DNA from: Macrostomum hystrix
Lineage: Eukaryota > Animalia > Platyhelminthes
Length of the DNA stretch: 64,000 nucleotides
Assembly: GCA_950097015.1 (NCBI GenBank)
Contig: CATNEN010000003.1
Coordinates: 12,152,001-12,216,000, forward strand
Reading direction: 5' to 3'
Below the pieces are notes generated by a model. The model was not told the origin of the DNA, made no database searches, and was given only the letters and a program-made list of their open reading frames with translations. Positions within the stretch are counted from its first letter, which is position 1; each line of letters starts with the position of its first letter. Below, one piece after another: positions 39,276 through 52,900 of this stretch. Both the position numbers and the translations under genes were made by a program.

Positions 39276-39944
39276 ATCCTCACAGCTGCAAACCTTTGGT
39301 TAGATAAAGTTCAAAAAATTATTCACCAAAATCTAATTATGCTTTTTTTGCGGTATAATTTCTTCAGTAATTGTGATACATCTAATGCGTGTAAGCAATA
39401 CCAAGTTCAGTTGAAGAAAAATATATAGCTGTCTATGGCTGGAACCCTAGCTTGTACTCGTATCTTAATAATTTAGCTCGATCATACAGTCGACTCTACA
39501 GGCGAGTCATTTTTCTAAAAATAAAATACGATTGCTTATTTCATTAAAAATAGTATTCTGAGCCGGGAATGTGTTATCTATGGTAATTTTTGGTGAGATA
39601 ATTTGACAAAAACTGGGATACTATATCATATAATCTCCTCGAAATAAGGAACATAATATGGAACATTGAAGTGAACTTTGAATTCGGCTTTTACGTTTTG
39701 CCACCACTGACTGACTGGCTGCTTCGTGACTGTATCTTCGTGAGAAATTTATTATTTTGTCTATGGTCGGAATCAAATGGTCTAAACCTATATGTCTATC
39801 AATCAGATGGGATGCCCCCGAAAAAAAAGCAATCGAATTTCATATATGATAAACGCCGTTTAATTCATCATAGTCTATGGTTAGAATATCCTGGGCTGCA
39901 ATCAATGGTCCTCGGCTCGCTACGCTTGCCTCGAGATTAGGTAG

Positions 39945-40305
39945 GGGTCAGATGTGTGGGTTTGGAGACAGAGGTGTGAGGTGGGGGACAGAGGTGTGAG
40001 GTGGGGGAAATATGAGTGAGGTGGGGGAAAGATGTGTGGGGTTGGAGACAGAGGTGTGAGGTGGGGGACAGATGTGTGAGGTGGTGGACAGAGGTGTGAG
40101 GTGGGGGACAGATGTGTGGGGTGGGGGACAGAGGTGTGAGGTGGGGGAAAGATGTGTGAGGTAGGGGACAGTTGTGTGGGTTGGAGACAGAGGTGTGAGG
40201 TGGGAGACGGAGGTGTGAGGCGGGGGAACGGAGGTGTGAGGTGGGGGACAGATGTGTGAGGTGGGGGAACGGAGGTGTGAGTCGAGGTTGAGGACAGATG
40301 TGTCA
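39945..40305. repeat. ~20-bp G-rich minisatellite (gaggtgtgaggtgggggaca)
   Basis: About 17 copies. Confidence 0.9.
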
Positions 40306-40543
40306 ATAACTAAAAATTATTCAGGTAGACATTGCAGTCACTAACTGACAATCATTCAGGTAGACAGAGGGTGTTATAGCCAACGGGACTTGTTTTCTCT
40401 GATAGCCAATCAAATGCAGCGTATTTTTTCAATTGAAATGGTTCTAATAAAAAAGTCAAATATAGATCCTTCTTCAAAGACGCAGAATATTATTAGGCTT
40501 AATGTCTTGACTTACATATTTAAAAACTTATCGCCGAGTCGTG

Positions 40544-43500
40544 ATGGACCTAAACGTGGCCTTCATGTTGAATCGTCAAATGCGGCGCCAGGCAAATATG
40601 AGCGAAGGGTATCGATACAATCTGGGCATTATGTTCTTCAACTACTATCCTTGTAAGTGCAAATCTGTTTTTGTGGATAGAATTGCGCCGTGTCGCATTG
40701 CCGGAAAACATTTTTTAGAGTCAAATGCCAGGTGTAATGATTTTTTATTTTCATTGCAGTCTTTGTTCCAATGCTGTGCTTGGTTTGCCTGCTTGGATCA
40801 TTTGGTAATGTTCTAGTTATCTTGACTGTCCTTAAGACTCGGGTGAGTTTTATATTTATACAGGTAATTATACTGACTGAAGTCGAAGATTATTCAATTA
40901 AATATTCCATTTCAGACCTTGAGAACAAAGAGCAACATCTTTGTTGTTAATCTGGCTCTGGCGGATCTAGTTGTGACCGGTTTTGTTGTCCCCATGAATG
41001 CCTTGGGTGAGTAGTGCAACTGCATGAAGTTGACATGCTGTTAGACAGTGGGACAAGCTGTTAGACAGTGGGACAAGCTGTTAGACAGTGGGACAAGCTG
41101 TTAGACAGTGGGACAAGCTGTTAGACAGTGGGACAAGCTGTTAGACAGTAGGACAAGCTGTTAGACAGTGGGACAAGCTGTTAGACAGTGGGAAAAGCTG
41201 TTAGACAGTGGGACAAGCTGTTAGACAGTGGGACAAGCTGTTAGACGGTGGGACAAGCTGTTAGACAGTGGGACAAGCTGTTAGACAGTGGGACAAGCTG
41301 TTAGACGGTGGGACAAGCTGTTAGACAGTGGGACAAGCTGTTAGACAGTGGGACAAGCTGTTAGACAGTGGGACAGGCTGTTAGACGGTGGGACAAGCTG
41401 TTAGACAGTAAGAATAGCTGTAAGACAGTAAGAATAGCTGTTAGACAGTGAGACTGGCTGTTAGACAATGAAAAAACGGTTAGACTGAGAGACAGGCTAT
41501 TATATAACGAGATAAGCAGTTTTAGACAGGCTAAACCGATAGTTTTCGTCAAGCGCAATGAGGCTATACGTTTAATCTCAATTCAGGCGTTGTCGACGGT
41601 GAATGGGTGTTCAGCGAGTACCCGGCCCTCTGCCAGGTGATCGGCGCAGTCTGCCTAACTGGCTGCTTCTGCTCTCTGCTCAATATAGGCGCCATCGCAC
41701 TGAATCGCTACGTGTGCATCTGCCACCACTCGGCTTATAGTCGGCTGTTTAGCCAGCGGAAAACGATTGTCTACTGCGCTGGCCTATGGCTGTTTAGCGG
41801 ACTGGCTCGTAAGCTTTGTCCTGTGATTAATTAGTTAAACATTAAAATCCTCCCGATGGAAATTGCTAGGTTGATAACAGCGTGATAACGAACTTATTTA
41901 GTATCGTTTGTTATCAGAATGATACTGAAAAAAAGATAACGAAGAATGAAAACAATGGGAAAGAGAAGGATAATAATCCGGGGAAGGAAGAGTGGGAGGT
42001 AGAGGAGGAGGAGGAGGAGAAGGAGAAGGAGAAAAAGGAGGAGGAAAAGGAGGACGAGAAGGAGGAGACGGAGGAGGAGAAGGAGAAGGAGAAGGAGGAG
42101 GAGGATAGGGAGGAGGAGGAGAAGGAGGAGACAGAGGAGGAGGAGAAGGAGAAGGAGAAGGAGGAGAGGGATAGGGAGGAGGAGAAGGAGAAGGAGGAAG
42201 AGGAGGGGGGTTGGAAGAGAAGAAGAAAGCAAATGTAGTCCTTAAACCCGCATCTGTGTCCATCACAGCGCATTAAAGCATTCTGAAACTGTTTGCTCTG
42301 CAGAGTCGCCGAATTTCTACGGTTGGGGTGAATACTCGTTCGACCAGAAGCAGTTTATCTGCGTTTACAACCGCCTGGCTGCCCTGAGCTACACGATCTT
42401 CTTCACAGTGGTTGGAATCTACATTCCTCTCGTCCTGATAGGCTTGTGCTACGCTCTAATCTATCGTCACGTGATGCTTGTACAGAGACGCGTAGCCTGC
42501 GTCGTTTCCAATAGCAACGAAAACAATGGAGCCATATTTGGCAGCACCGAGCGGCTTCAACCAGCCGGGCAGCTGAGGAAGGAGGCCCGCCTATTGAAGA
42601 CATTCTTTGTCATCTTCGTCACCTTCGGCGTCTGCTGGGTGCCATACGCAACCGTGGCGGTGTCGGATGTTTCCGACCAGTTCCCGTTGCAGCTGCACGC
42701 CTTCAGTGTGCTGATCTGCCACACCAACTCGGCTCTGAACTGCATCATCTACGCAGCTTCGAACAAGCAGTTCAGGAATGGCTACGCCAGGATTCTATGC
42801 GGCCAGAAATGCTGTGAGCGGAAATTCCTAAAAAGTATATAGAAAGACCGTTGAGGGTGCTCACAATACCCGCAAATTTATTTTTTCTGCATTTCCTAAA
42901 ATATTCAACCAATCGCCATGAAAATACAGAACTGATGCTAAAATTTTCCACTCTGTCAGAGGAAATTATTCCAGAATCACAAAACATTGGCGTCGCCGAG
43001 ATACGATCAACGAAACTCGTCGGGGTGTCTGGTGGCAAAAACCACAAATATAAGGCATTACTTTTTGCTAAAAATGTCTTATAATATAATACTCAATATT
43101 ATATTGATTAATATTGTTGTCCATTATATTATTGAACTGAATTGATTCGCCGTCCTTGTTGTCCTTGTCACTCGGGTCTTCTACAAGAGTCACTGAATAC
43201 CTCGGTGATTCTGACTTCGAACGGCTTTGAAAGTTAGTTCATCGTGAAGAGCGGAAAAATATATTCGGTAAATATATTTGAATAGTCTATCCAAGCATTG
43301 ACAAAAATCTTAGCTGTCTACCCATATTATCTTACTTGTAAGAATCTTCTCCAGGTTAACTTCCTGTGATCTCTGCCTTAATCCTACCTTAAGTCCGTCT
43401 CAAATGATAAGAAGACAGCAGAAAGCTTTATGATATCCCATAATCAAGTTAAATACAAAGCTGCGGATGAATCAGTGCCAATCGAAACAACTCGGATTGT

Positions 43501-44832
43501 GGAACAAAACAGTCAAGAGTCATTGTACTTTACGCGGTCGCTAATCTCATTCCGTATTTAAAATATATCATATCTATTTTTCAATTGTTGATTCAACAGT
43601 AGAAAGACCGTATTTAAAATATCCAATGTCTTCATTACGATTGTAACCAAAGCGAATGACCGGTTTTCGTGAAAGTCCACGATATGGATCAAATTTTTCC
43701 GCCCTTCAGGATGAACGAACTTTCAAAGCCGTCCGATGTTATAATAACTACGTTATTGATCTGCAGCAACCTAGATCTGGACATAGAACCTAGATTTAGA
43801 TCAACCATTAAGATAATGATAAACAATATGATTATCAATATAGAATACAATTTAAGATAAGAGCCGACTTGATTACAATAATTACGACTTGAGAAAAATC
43901 ACGCCTACATAGGTGGTTTTTTCCAACCACCCCGACGAGAGTCGTTGAATATCTCGACGATGCCGATGTTTTGTGATTGTGGAAGTTGATTTATCGGATT
44001 GCATGTGTTTAGCACGTTTATTTAGGGGCTTAACCAAGCTATATTGCTGCACGCACGTTGCATTGTCTATGACCATGACGACAGAAGCAAAAAGTTCAAG
44101 CCTATAATTTATTTAGCACTATGTAACGAAGAATCAAACAGTAGTGACTAAATCAATAACCACTGATAATACTCGTATTTGTATATATTACGTGCGTTGT
44201 ATGAGTCTATAACCGAGCAGCAATTAAGAAAGAAATTGTCAGTACTATCGTTCAGTCTTGCATTTCGGAAGTATGGCGCGGTTGGACTGCACTTCAAGCA
44301 TGGCTTATTCGTAACGTACCGTGTGGATTTGACACTGATTAAAAGTACCAGACATTGGCGAAGCTAGCGTCTTCAGCGACTGCTGATGACAGCCATCAGA
44401 CATGGGACATATCTTTCCACAGAGCTTTCACTTTCAAATCCGGAACTGCGCTATTAAATATATAGCATCATTTCTTCCTTGTCTCATCTGTCATTAGTCT
44501 CTGTGGACCATGCACTGTCCGTCCTTTTGATCTTCTCTTTGGCCCGCGAGGTTCGAAGTTTTAGCGAGAAGCCAAAATATGCTAGTAGTCGCTTACTTAT
44601 CGACAAGGTATTACGTTTTAACCAGGATATGAAAGATATGAATAAGCTTCAAGACATTTGACAAAAAATCAAGTAAAGTTAGTTATTGAAAATTAAATTG
44701 AGATCGGTTTTATTCTTAGTACACGCTCACAAACGATTTAACTGCCTTATCAATGTTTACATTTTAGGTGGCAGCGTGAACGTCACTGACATCGAAATGT
44801 CTCTGCAAGCGTCGGCTATTGTTGCACCGTGA
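40544..44832 (+). CDS. Class A GPCR, melatonin-receptor-like; exons 40544-40652, 40760-40842, 40916-41006, 41587-41808, 42304-42813, probable last exon 44768-44832
   Basis: GN in TM1, NLALADL in TM2, NRYVCICH at the end of TM3 (NRY is typical of melatonin-type receptors), CWVP in TM6, NSALNCIIY in TM7. Introns are phase-consistent; the last exon is less certain. Confidence 0.88.
41037..41485. repeat. 20-bp minisatellite (gctgttagacagtgggacaa)
   Basis: About 20 copies in a GPCR intron. Confidence 0.95.
41980..42225. repeat. Polypurine (GAG/AAG)n tract
   Basis: Almost pure A/G run in a GPCR intron. Confidence 0.9.
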
Positions 44833-45848
44833 TCTGGGAGTTTTGTGACCATAACGTGAGGATCTGAGAGCTTTGTGACCCTAATCTCGGGATCTGGGAG
44901 CTTTGTGACCCTAAAATAAGGATCTAGGAGCTTTGTGACCCTAATCTGAGGATCTGGGAGGTTTGTGACCCTAATCTGAGGATCTGGGAGGTTTGTGACC
45001 CTAATCTGAGGATCTAGGAGCTTTGTGACCCTAATCTGAGGATCTGGGAGGTTTGTGACCCTAATCTGAGGATCTGGGAGGTTTGTGACCCTAATATGAG
45101 GATCTGGGAGGTTTGTGACCCTAATATGAGGATCTGGGAGGTTTGTGACCCTAATCTGAGGATCTGGGAGGTTTGTGACCCTAATATGAGGATATGGGAG
45201 GTTTGTAACCCTAATATGAGGATCTGGGAGCTTGGAGACTCTGAGACTCTGAGGATCTGGGAGGTTTGTGACCTTAATCTGAGGATCTGGGCTTTGTGAC
45301 CCTAATATGAGGATCTGGGAGCTTTGAGACCCTAATCTGAGGATCTGGGAGCTTTGTGACCCTAATCTGAGGATCTGGGAGCTTTGTGACCCTAATCTGA
45401 GGATCTGGGCTTTGTGACCCTAATCTGAGGATCTGGGAGCTTTGAGACCCTAATCTGAGGATCTGGGCTTTGTGACCCTAATATGAGGATCTGGGAGCTT
45501 TGAGACCCTAATCTGAGGATCTGGGAGCTTTGTGACCCTAATCTGAGGATCTGGGCTTTGTGACCCTAATCTGAGGATCTGGGAGCTTTGAGACCCTAAT
45601 CTGAGGATCTGGGCTTTGTGACCCTAATATGAGGATCTGGGAGCTTTGAGACCCTAATCTGAGGATCTGGGCTCTGTGACCCTAATATGAGGATCTGGGA
45701 GCTTTGAGACCCTAATCTGAGGATCTGGGAGCTTCGTGACCCTAATCTGCTAATCTGAGGATCTGGGAGTTTTGCGACCCTAATCTGAGGATCTGGGCTT
45801 TGTGACCCTAATATGAGGATCTGGGATTTTTGTGACCGTAATCTGGAG
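44831..45848. repeat. 28/30-bp minisatellite (ctaatctgaggatctgggagctttgtgacc)
   Basis: About 33 copies beginning at the probable GPCR stop codon. Confidence 0.95.
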
Positions 45849-46807
45849 ACGTGGTTGTTCGTATGACGCTTATCGTTAATTTTTTAATTCGATAACTAGT
45901 TTTAAATTCGTATTTGTTCAGCCCATATTTAGTTAAAGGGACAACGAGTCTCTATTAAATTAAATTAAAATTAAATGTAAATGTTTAATTTGTTTTTTAC
46001 TTCATTAAATAATTTTTGAAGTTTATGCGTGTCGCTTTAAATTTAACCAACGGTAATTAACATTTTTTATCCCCAATGCATCGTCTCATTATTTCTCGTG
46101 GTTACAACTTTGTCACACAGTTTTTTATTATTACACTCAGCTGCCATTGAAAGCATATTTTCAATTATTTTTAGCATTAGTTCAGTCTGTAGAAAAAACA
46201 CGATTCCGAAAACGCGACACAGCGAAAATGAATGTCAGGCTGTTTGCTTGTCCTAATTATTGTGTTTTGTTGTACTTTGTGCTGCACATTTGTTAGCTTA
46301 TTAAAAAAAATCGTGTCGATAACAATAACAATGAAACCTACGTGTTGCTAATAAATACAACCTACACTAGTAACACTGTGAAAAAAATATGTAATAATCT
46401 GAGCATAAACAATCTATTTTCTAAGCTGACCTTCAATTGAGAACCAATACAGCGTCTGTAAAATTAACGAGTGTCATTTTCCTGTCTCTAATATAATTTA
46501 AATAGATATAGTTAATTTGAGCTTATGTTGGATAACAGATTTCGTGTTTTAACTTTTCAATATTGTCGTAACTAGTATAGTTTTCTAAGTCAAGTTTTCC
46601 TGACGAGATAACGAGCGTATCAGGTGTCAAACGATAATTAGGTTTTGCCGGAAAATTTCTGATTTGGCCAAGCAAAGATGTACAATAGGTTTAATAGCCA
46701 GTGTGTTCTCAATGCTTGATACAAAAAGCCACACCACTTCGAAGTTATTAAAACCACAGGAGTATTGCAAAACGGTAGGACCAATAAAAGTGAAGTTTAA
46801 GGAGTTC

Positions 46808-47073
46808 ATGGAGTGACTAGAGATGGAGTGAGACAGTGACTAGAGATGGAGTGAGAGAGTGACAAGAGATTGAGTGAGACAGTGACTAGAGATGGGGTGA
46901 GACAGTGACGAGAGATGGAGTGAGACAGTGACGAGAGATGGAGTGAGACAGTGACTAGAGATGGAGTGAGAGTGACTAGAGATGGAGTGAGACAGTGACT
47001 AGAGATGGAGTGATAGAGTGACTAGAGATGCAGTGAGACAGTGACTAGAGATTGAGTGAGAATGACTAGAGAT
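46808..47073. repeat. 24-bp minisatellite (gagtgagacagtgactagagatg-type)
   Basis: About 11 copies. Confidence 0.9.
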
Positions 47074-48189
47074 CGTTCTTACCTCTAGGCTTACATACTC
47101 GATGGAGTAATAATACATAAAGAACGATAAAGATGCAACAACTATGACACGCACACAGGTAGTTCTGTTTCCTTCCATGTGACAGATGTCGTTAATTTTT
47201 CAAAGTAAAATAATTTAATAGAAACCGACTGACACAAGAGAGCATTGTAGTGCGTGTAATTTAAACGCCGCTATCTAGACGTTTTTGAATTCCTGATGAA
47301 ATACCTGTTCTCCTGCAGTTCCCCAGGTACTAAGCAGCACGCCCTATGTATTTACAATCAACCTTTTGATTAAGACAGCAATTGATGAACAGACAGACAA
47401 GACAGTCAGATGACAGACAGACAGACAGTCAGATGACAGACAGACAGATGGAGTCTAAAATTGTCCAAAACAAAAAATTATACCCTATAATAAAAAAATT
47501 TCGTAAAAAATAAAGTGCTCAGTTCAATAAAATGACATCATTGCCCTATTTTGGCTGTGCAATAAAACATGATGAAAATTTAATCGCCTCAAATAACTAC
47601 ACACGCTTTCGTGCGTGAATGCGAGAGATCAGCAATACCTTCTTAATTTCATTCCTGTATCAATAAAATAGAGACTAATCTGACACTAGATAAAAACCAT
47701 CCTTGAAAAGGGGAATTTTTAAATAATCTAGCCTTTCAGAATTCCTTAAGAACGAGTCACCTAGGGGAGGGATTATTGCAATATGTCATTTTTGGCAGAT
47801 TATCCTTGTTAAGACGCAGGTGAGATAAGGAGGAGGGTGCGTGCAGCTTTACAATTAAAAGAATATCAAATCCAGGAAATATTCAAACAACCGATAGGGA
47901 AGACACGGAAGATCTCTTATCATCTTAAGATGCAGACGCGAGGTGCTAGTTGAAACAAATTTCCGGCAATTCACACCATGCCATGTCTAAACAATCAAAT
48001 GTGTTCGTATAATCTTAGTTAAGTGTGTTTGGAAAAAAGCAGAAAATGAAAGTGTTTATTTTTTAAATGTACTCTTGTCTACAGACAGACTCAGTGAATA
48101 CTAAAGCAAGACGATTTCACTTCGTAAAACAAGAACCGAAAAAATATCGAAAAATCTTCCAGCGTTATTTTTTAATTCGGCTTTGCACA

Positions 48190-49106
48190 GGCGACCCCGA
48201 CACATTTAATTCATTGTGTGACCGTCGACCCAAGGGGGCGAATGGGTCAGCGGCTAACGTCGCTGCCTCGCACTCTAAAGGACGCTAGTTCGATTCACCC
48301 TACAAGTCACGATTAATTTCGGGACTTGTTGGGGGGTTTGGACAGTAGCGACCGGCGGAGGTGCACCATATTTCGTGCAATCAAAGCTTGAAATAATAGC
48401 TTCGCTCCTACCCTCTGTGTGCCTGTTCTGCGTTGTGTGAGTTGTGTGCGTTGGCGCTGGGGCGTGAGACCTTGCGGGGGGTGGCTGGAGGGCGGGTGTA
48501 CACCGCCGCGCGCTTTCTGGACTTCCGTCAGCGCGATTGGATAAGTGTACACTCATCACCCAGCCCCCCCCTGAGGACTGATTTCTTATCAGCCTTCCGC
48601 CCCGACTTGGTCTGCTATGTGCGTGTGGGGCTGGGGTGGGGGGCACTGCTGCCTATTCTGGGTGCCTCCTGCCCTCCCCTGCTGGTCTGTGCTGCTGTGT
48701 GTGGTGCCTGCTCAGGGGAGGCGGGGCGATGGGCGCAAAAGCGCCTAGTTCGCCGGTTTGGGGGCGTGCCGCTCCGTCGCTTGTGCGACAAGTGCCCCGG
48801 GCCCCCTGCAAGTAGATAGAGAGTGACCGTCGACCTGCAGCCAGCGAGGAGGCAATTCTGCCAATTTCGCTGACTCCTGAGCACACACGCGCACAGATAC
48901 TGTACGTAGGCACACGCTCACGCAGGTGTGTACATCTGCCCTGACTTTCTCTGACCTGTCTTGGAGGTTGGCCCTTAAGGGCGTAAATTGCAAGACAAGC
49001 CCTTAAGCCTTCTCTCCGCGGCTGCGCCTAAAATGAATGTGGCCTCGCCGCGGAATCGAACTCATGGATCTTGGTGCGAGAGGCAAACGCGTTAACCGCT
49101 CTGCCA
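48190..49106 (-). mobile_element. SINE family A copy interrupted by a second SINE
   Basis: Head TGGCAGAGCGGTTAACGCG..GAGTTCGATTCC at 49106-49050; body homologous to 24730-25040. Confidence 0.85.
48231..48822 (+). mobile_element. tRNA-derived SINE family B (~590 bp) with 13-bp TSD
   Basis: GTGACCGTCGACC at 48218-48230 and 48823-48835. A-box-like TGGGTCAGCGG, B-box-like AGTTCGATTCAC and a short agtagatagaga tail. Confidence 0.8.
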
Positions 49107-49975
49107 ATAAAAAACAGTAAAACAAAAAACGATAAACAAGTCTATCAGACGGGAGTTATTATTAAAAAATTTAAAGATAAAAGTTACTTTCAGAAAATCG
49201 GGCATCGGAATTCGATTATATAAAAAAATCTGGAGATGATAATCAAGGATATTCATACGTTGAAAATTAAAAGGCGTTTCTACAACTTGTAGAATAAAAT
49301 AATGGCAAGCCAATTAGATCGCTTATAAAAATAGAAACGTTCTTTTAAAAAAATTGGCAAAAATATTGTTAATAATTAAGAGAATCATTACAAGCAGGAA
49401 GAATTTGACGTTAGCACCTAAGCGAGGCTGTAAGTAGTATGTACATGCATACGTGCATACATGTAAATGAAAAAATTGTAACTCAGACGTACGGCAAAGC
49501 ACACTGGTTACAATGAAGACAGTTACAAAAGTTCCTCTCATTCAACAGTTAGCTCATTGAAATTTATTCAATAATTCAATTAATTCAATAATAATGAATT
49601 TTTCAAAACATATCGGCAAAAAATACAATAGACTGATAAAAGATAACTAGCTCTATGTGGTCTATGAAGCTCAGGTGAAAATTCGATTTTTAATGCTAGA
49701 CTTAAATAGTCTGGAATAGCAGCTTAGATAAAACGCTTTGACTATTTCGATACATATCGGGTGTAAAAAAGTTTATAGACAATTGATAAGGACATTATCG
49801 AACATTACTTAATAGTTTTAATGCGAAAGTGATGCTAAATTCGACTTGATTGTAGAATAAAAAGTTAGTAAGTTATAGTTGGCCGGGTTTCGAACCCACG
49901 ACCTTTAGAGCAAATTGAACAACAGGCTGTGTCTATATATATATAATAAAACTACGAACTCGAAAAATACTACTG

Positions 49976-52900
49976 TCAAGAAAAGCAAATAAAGCAAGCA
50001 TTTTCTGAGCGGCCACAGAAGCAGAACCGATGAAACACGTGCCCGCAGCTGAATGCCACTATGGAAGAGGCAGAAATATTGTGCGCATCAATGTCACTAT
50101 CAGTCGGTTCTGACAGGTCTAACCTGTCAGCCGCTACAGTCAGGGGCAGGTGGCACCAGGAACAACTGGTCTCGTCCGGGTCCAAAGCCAGGCCCCAACA
50201 TCGCGCAGCCGCTCTAGAAGCGTTGGCAACAGCTGCCGACATCTGCTTCGCAGCGTCCGAAGACTTGTCTGACAGAGACAATTCGATGCAATCAGCAATC
50301 AAGCCAGTGATTCTAGGACAAGATGAAGCATCGCCGTCATCGTCGAGAAGGTCAACAAGATCAGCTGTCGAGACACCGAGGCTCAACAGAGCTCTAGAAA
50401 TTCGATCAACACTGACAAGAAAATCTGGACGGCCAGCGCGATTTTGTGAGAAGTTTCCGGACTTGGTCGGACGTGCTGCGCTGCACTTTTCGCAGCGAAG
50501 TTCGAGACTGTCCCGACACCGGCGAGAGGCCAGCGCTGTGCGAAGGGCCGCCTCCGCGTTGGCGCCGGTTTCTGCGGGTGCCGACAGGTGAAGATAATTA
50601 GGGACATGAGAATTCGGATAATTAATTCTACCCTGAAAGAGCTAACAGTTAGATAAATTGGCTATAGATAGCTAGGACAATAAATCATACCTTCCGAGAA
50701 CTGACAGGTGTGGCTACAGATAATTAAGGCAGATTTATTGCACCTTCCGAGAACCGACATATGTGGGTAATTTGCTACAGATAATTAAGGCTTAAGTATT
50801 TATTGCATCTTTCAAGCACTGGCAGGTGTGAAGATAATTAACTACCGATAATAAATGATTACTCATTGCACCTACCGAGAACTGACAGGTGCGGGTAATT
50901 AACTACCGATAATAAATTATTTTTATTGCAGCTTCTGAGAACTGATAGGTGTGGGTATATAGCTGTAGATAAGTAAGGCTGATTTATGACACCTTTAAAA
51001 ATCTGACAGGTGTAATATATTAGTCAATATATAATTTTAAAGGTTATTGGTTAAGCCTTCTGGTAAGTAAAAAATTAGAGATATATAACTACTGTACCAA
51101 CTCACAATCATAATAAATGAGGCTAATGAACTAAAAAATAATTTAGTTTGATTTATTAGTTTTATAATATAAGAGATGACTCACCAACAATGTAGTTCAA
51201 AAGTTCTATACTATCCAGCTGAAGGCACCAGAAAGCTAGATCAGAGGTCCAACGCAGCTGCTTCAGTAGATAAATAGCTTCAGGTAGGCGGCTAGATAAA
51301 TCAATTGGATAGTTAATAAAAGTAGACAGCTATTTCATCAACTCTACTAAAAGTAGGACTGACAGCAAAAACAATGCTACATACCGCTGTTTAATAAGAA
51401 ATTCGTACAGAATTTGCAAATCGATAGCTTTCAGATCTCCGCGAGAGCAGATCTCGTCAATGCAAACTTGCAGCTCACTGTCTGTTAGTTGAATGCTGAA
51501 AAGAAAATGTAATTTCAAAAGCTAGACGATTGTGAAGGACTATATTCGACTACTCGGACTACGATACTCACCTGGCTCCCATCGGTATTAGGCAATAAAC
51601 ACAGACGCCATCAACTTTATTAAACTGATCATCGACAATGCACCAATTGTAGCGCAGGCCGGCGAATGCTAGGAGGCCGCGAGAGCCAATAAGACGCAGA
51701 GTTGAGAGCAACTCAACACCCGAAGGAGTAAAACTGCAAGCAAAAACAAATTTTCAATAATTACAACTAGTTCAAAATGGCGAAAGAAATACTGAATTTA
51801 AAATCTGAGGAATTCTATGTGAAATAAGCAAAAAGTATAGCTAATATTGCTGCACGTGAACTTTCATGTGAGACTTTCCCACTTAATGCGACACTAGCGA
51901 AAATTGAAGTTGATGTAAAACTTTCCCATTTAATGTGAAACTTTCCCACTTAATCAGAAAGTAGCTAAATGTGAAGTTGATGTGAAACTTTCCCATTTAT
52001 TCAAAACTAAATATATGGGAAACATTCCCATTTGATGTGAAACTTTCCCACTTAATGGTGTGAAACTTTCCCACTTTCCCACTTGTGAAACTTTCCCACT
52101 TATTTATTTAAAACTAAATATATGGGAAATATTTCCATTTGATGTCAAACTTTCCTATTTTATGCGAAACTAGCTATATGTGAAGCTTTTCAATTTCATA
52201 CGAAACAAGCTTTATGTTAAAATTTGGTATAAAACTTTCCCATTTGATGTGAAAGTAGCTCTTTGTGAAACCTTGATGCGAATCTTTCCACTTTTTGCAA
52301 AACTAACTATACGTAAAGTTTAAGTTTAAATGACAATCTAAGCAAAATGTGATTTGCAGTTTTAAGATATGAATAGGAACTGTGAGAAATGTAATAAAAA
52401 TAAATTAATCTTACTCTTCAGTAGGCCTGAAGTGTACGGCCCTCTCGTTAACCATGCTGTCAACAAAGGCAGGAAATTCGCTAGCATTGCCAGTCACATA
52501 GTGCAGCAGGAATATCTCGTCGCGTTTAAAATAGTACAAATGATTCAATAGAAAATTTTTTATGTCCGATTTGTAGGTGTTGAAATGCCTAAAAGTTGAC
52601 AAAATATACAGATTTTTACAAAATTAGATTGAATTTTCTAGAGTTGATATATAATTCTTAAAAATCTAACCTGATCAACAGCAGCATTGTCTCCATGGAA
52701 GCCAACGAGGCTGGAGATTTGCCGAGAGCAGCTAGCAGAGTGTCGCAGTTAGCATAAGCCAGCTGTGACAGACCATTCGGACTTTGCCACAGTGACTCTG
52801 CAGATCCAAGAAAATGTCATTAGCAAGATAAAATGTGCGAAAAACTAAGACGAGTGCCTGGATTCAGGGAAAATCGTTTGAATCAGGGGAATCCCTGGAA

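Noticed and set aside
39486-39500. TACAGTCGACTCT resembling a Tc1/pogo terminus
   Set aside because: No matching inverted end found
41882-42273. Glu/Lys-rich or Pro/Leu/Ser-rich ORFs
   Set aside because: Translations of an intronic polypurine tract
42850-44660. Possible decayed transposon coding sequence in the last GPCR intron
   Set aside because: Only short ORFs; no recognisable motif, TIR or TSD
48275-48993. Several overlapping ORFs
   Set aside because: They lie within GC-rich nested SINEs and show no protein motif
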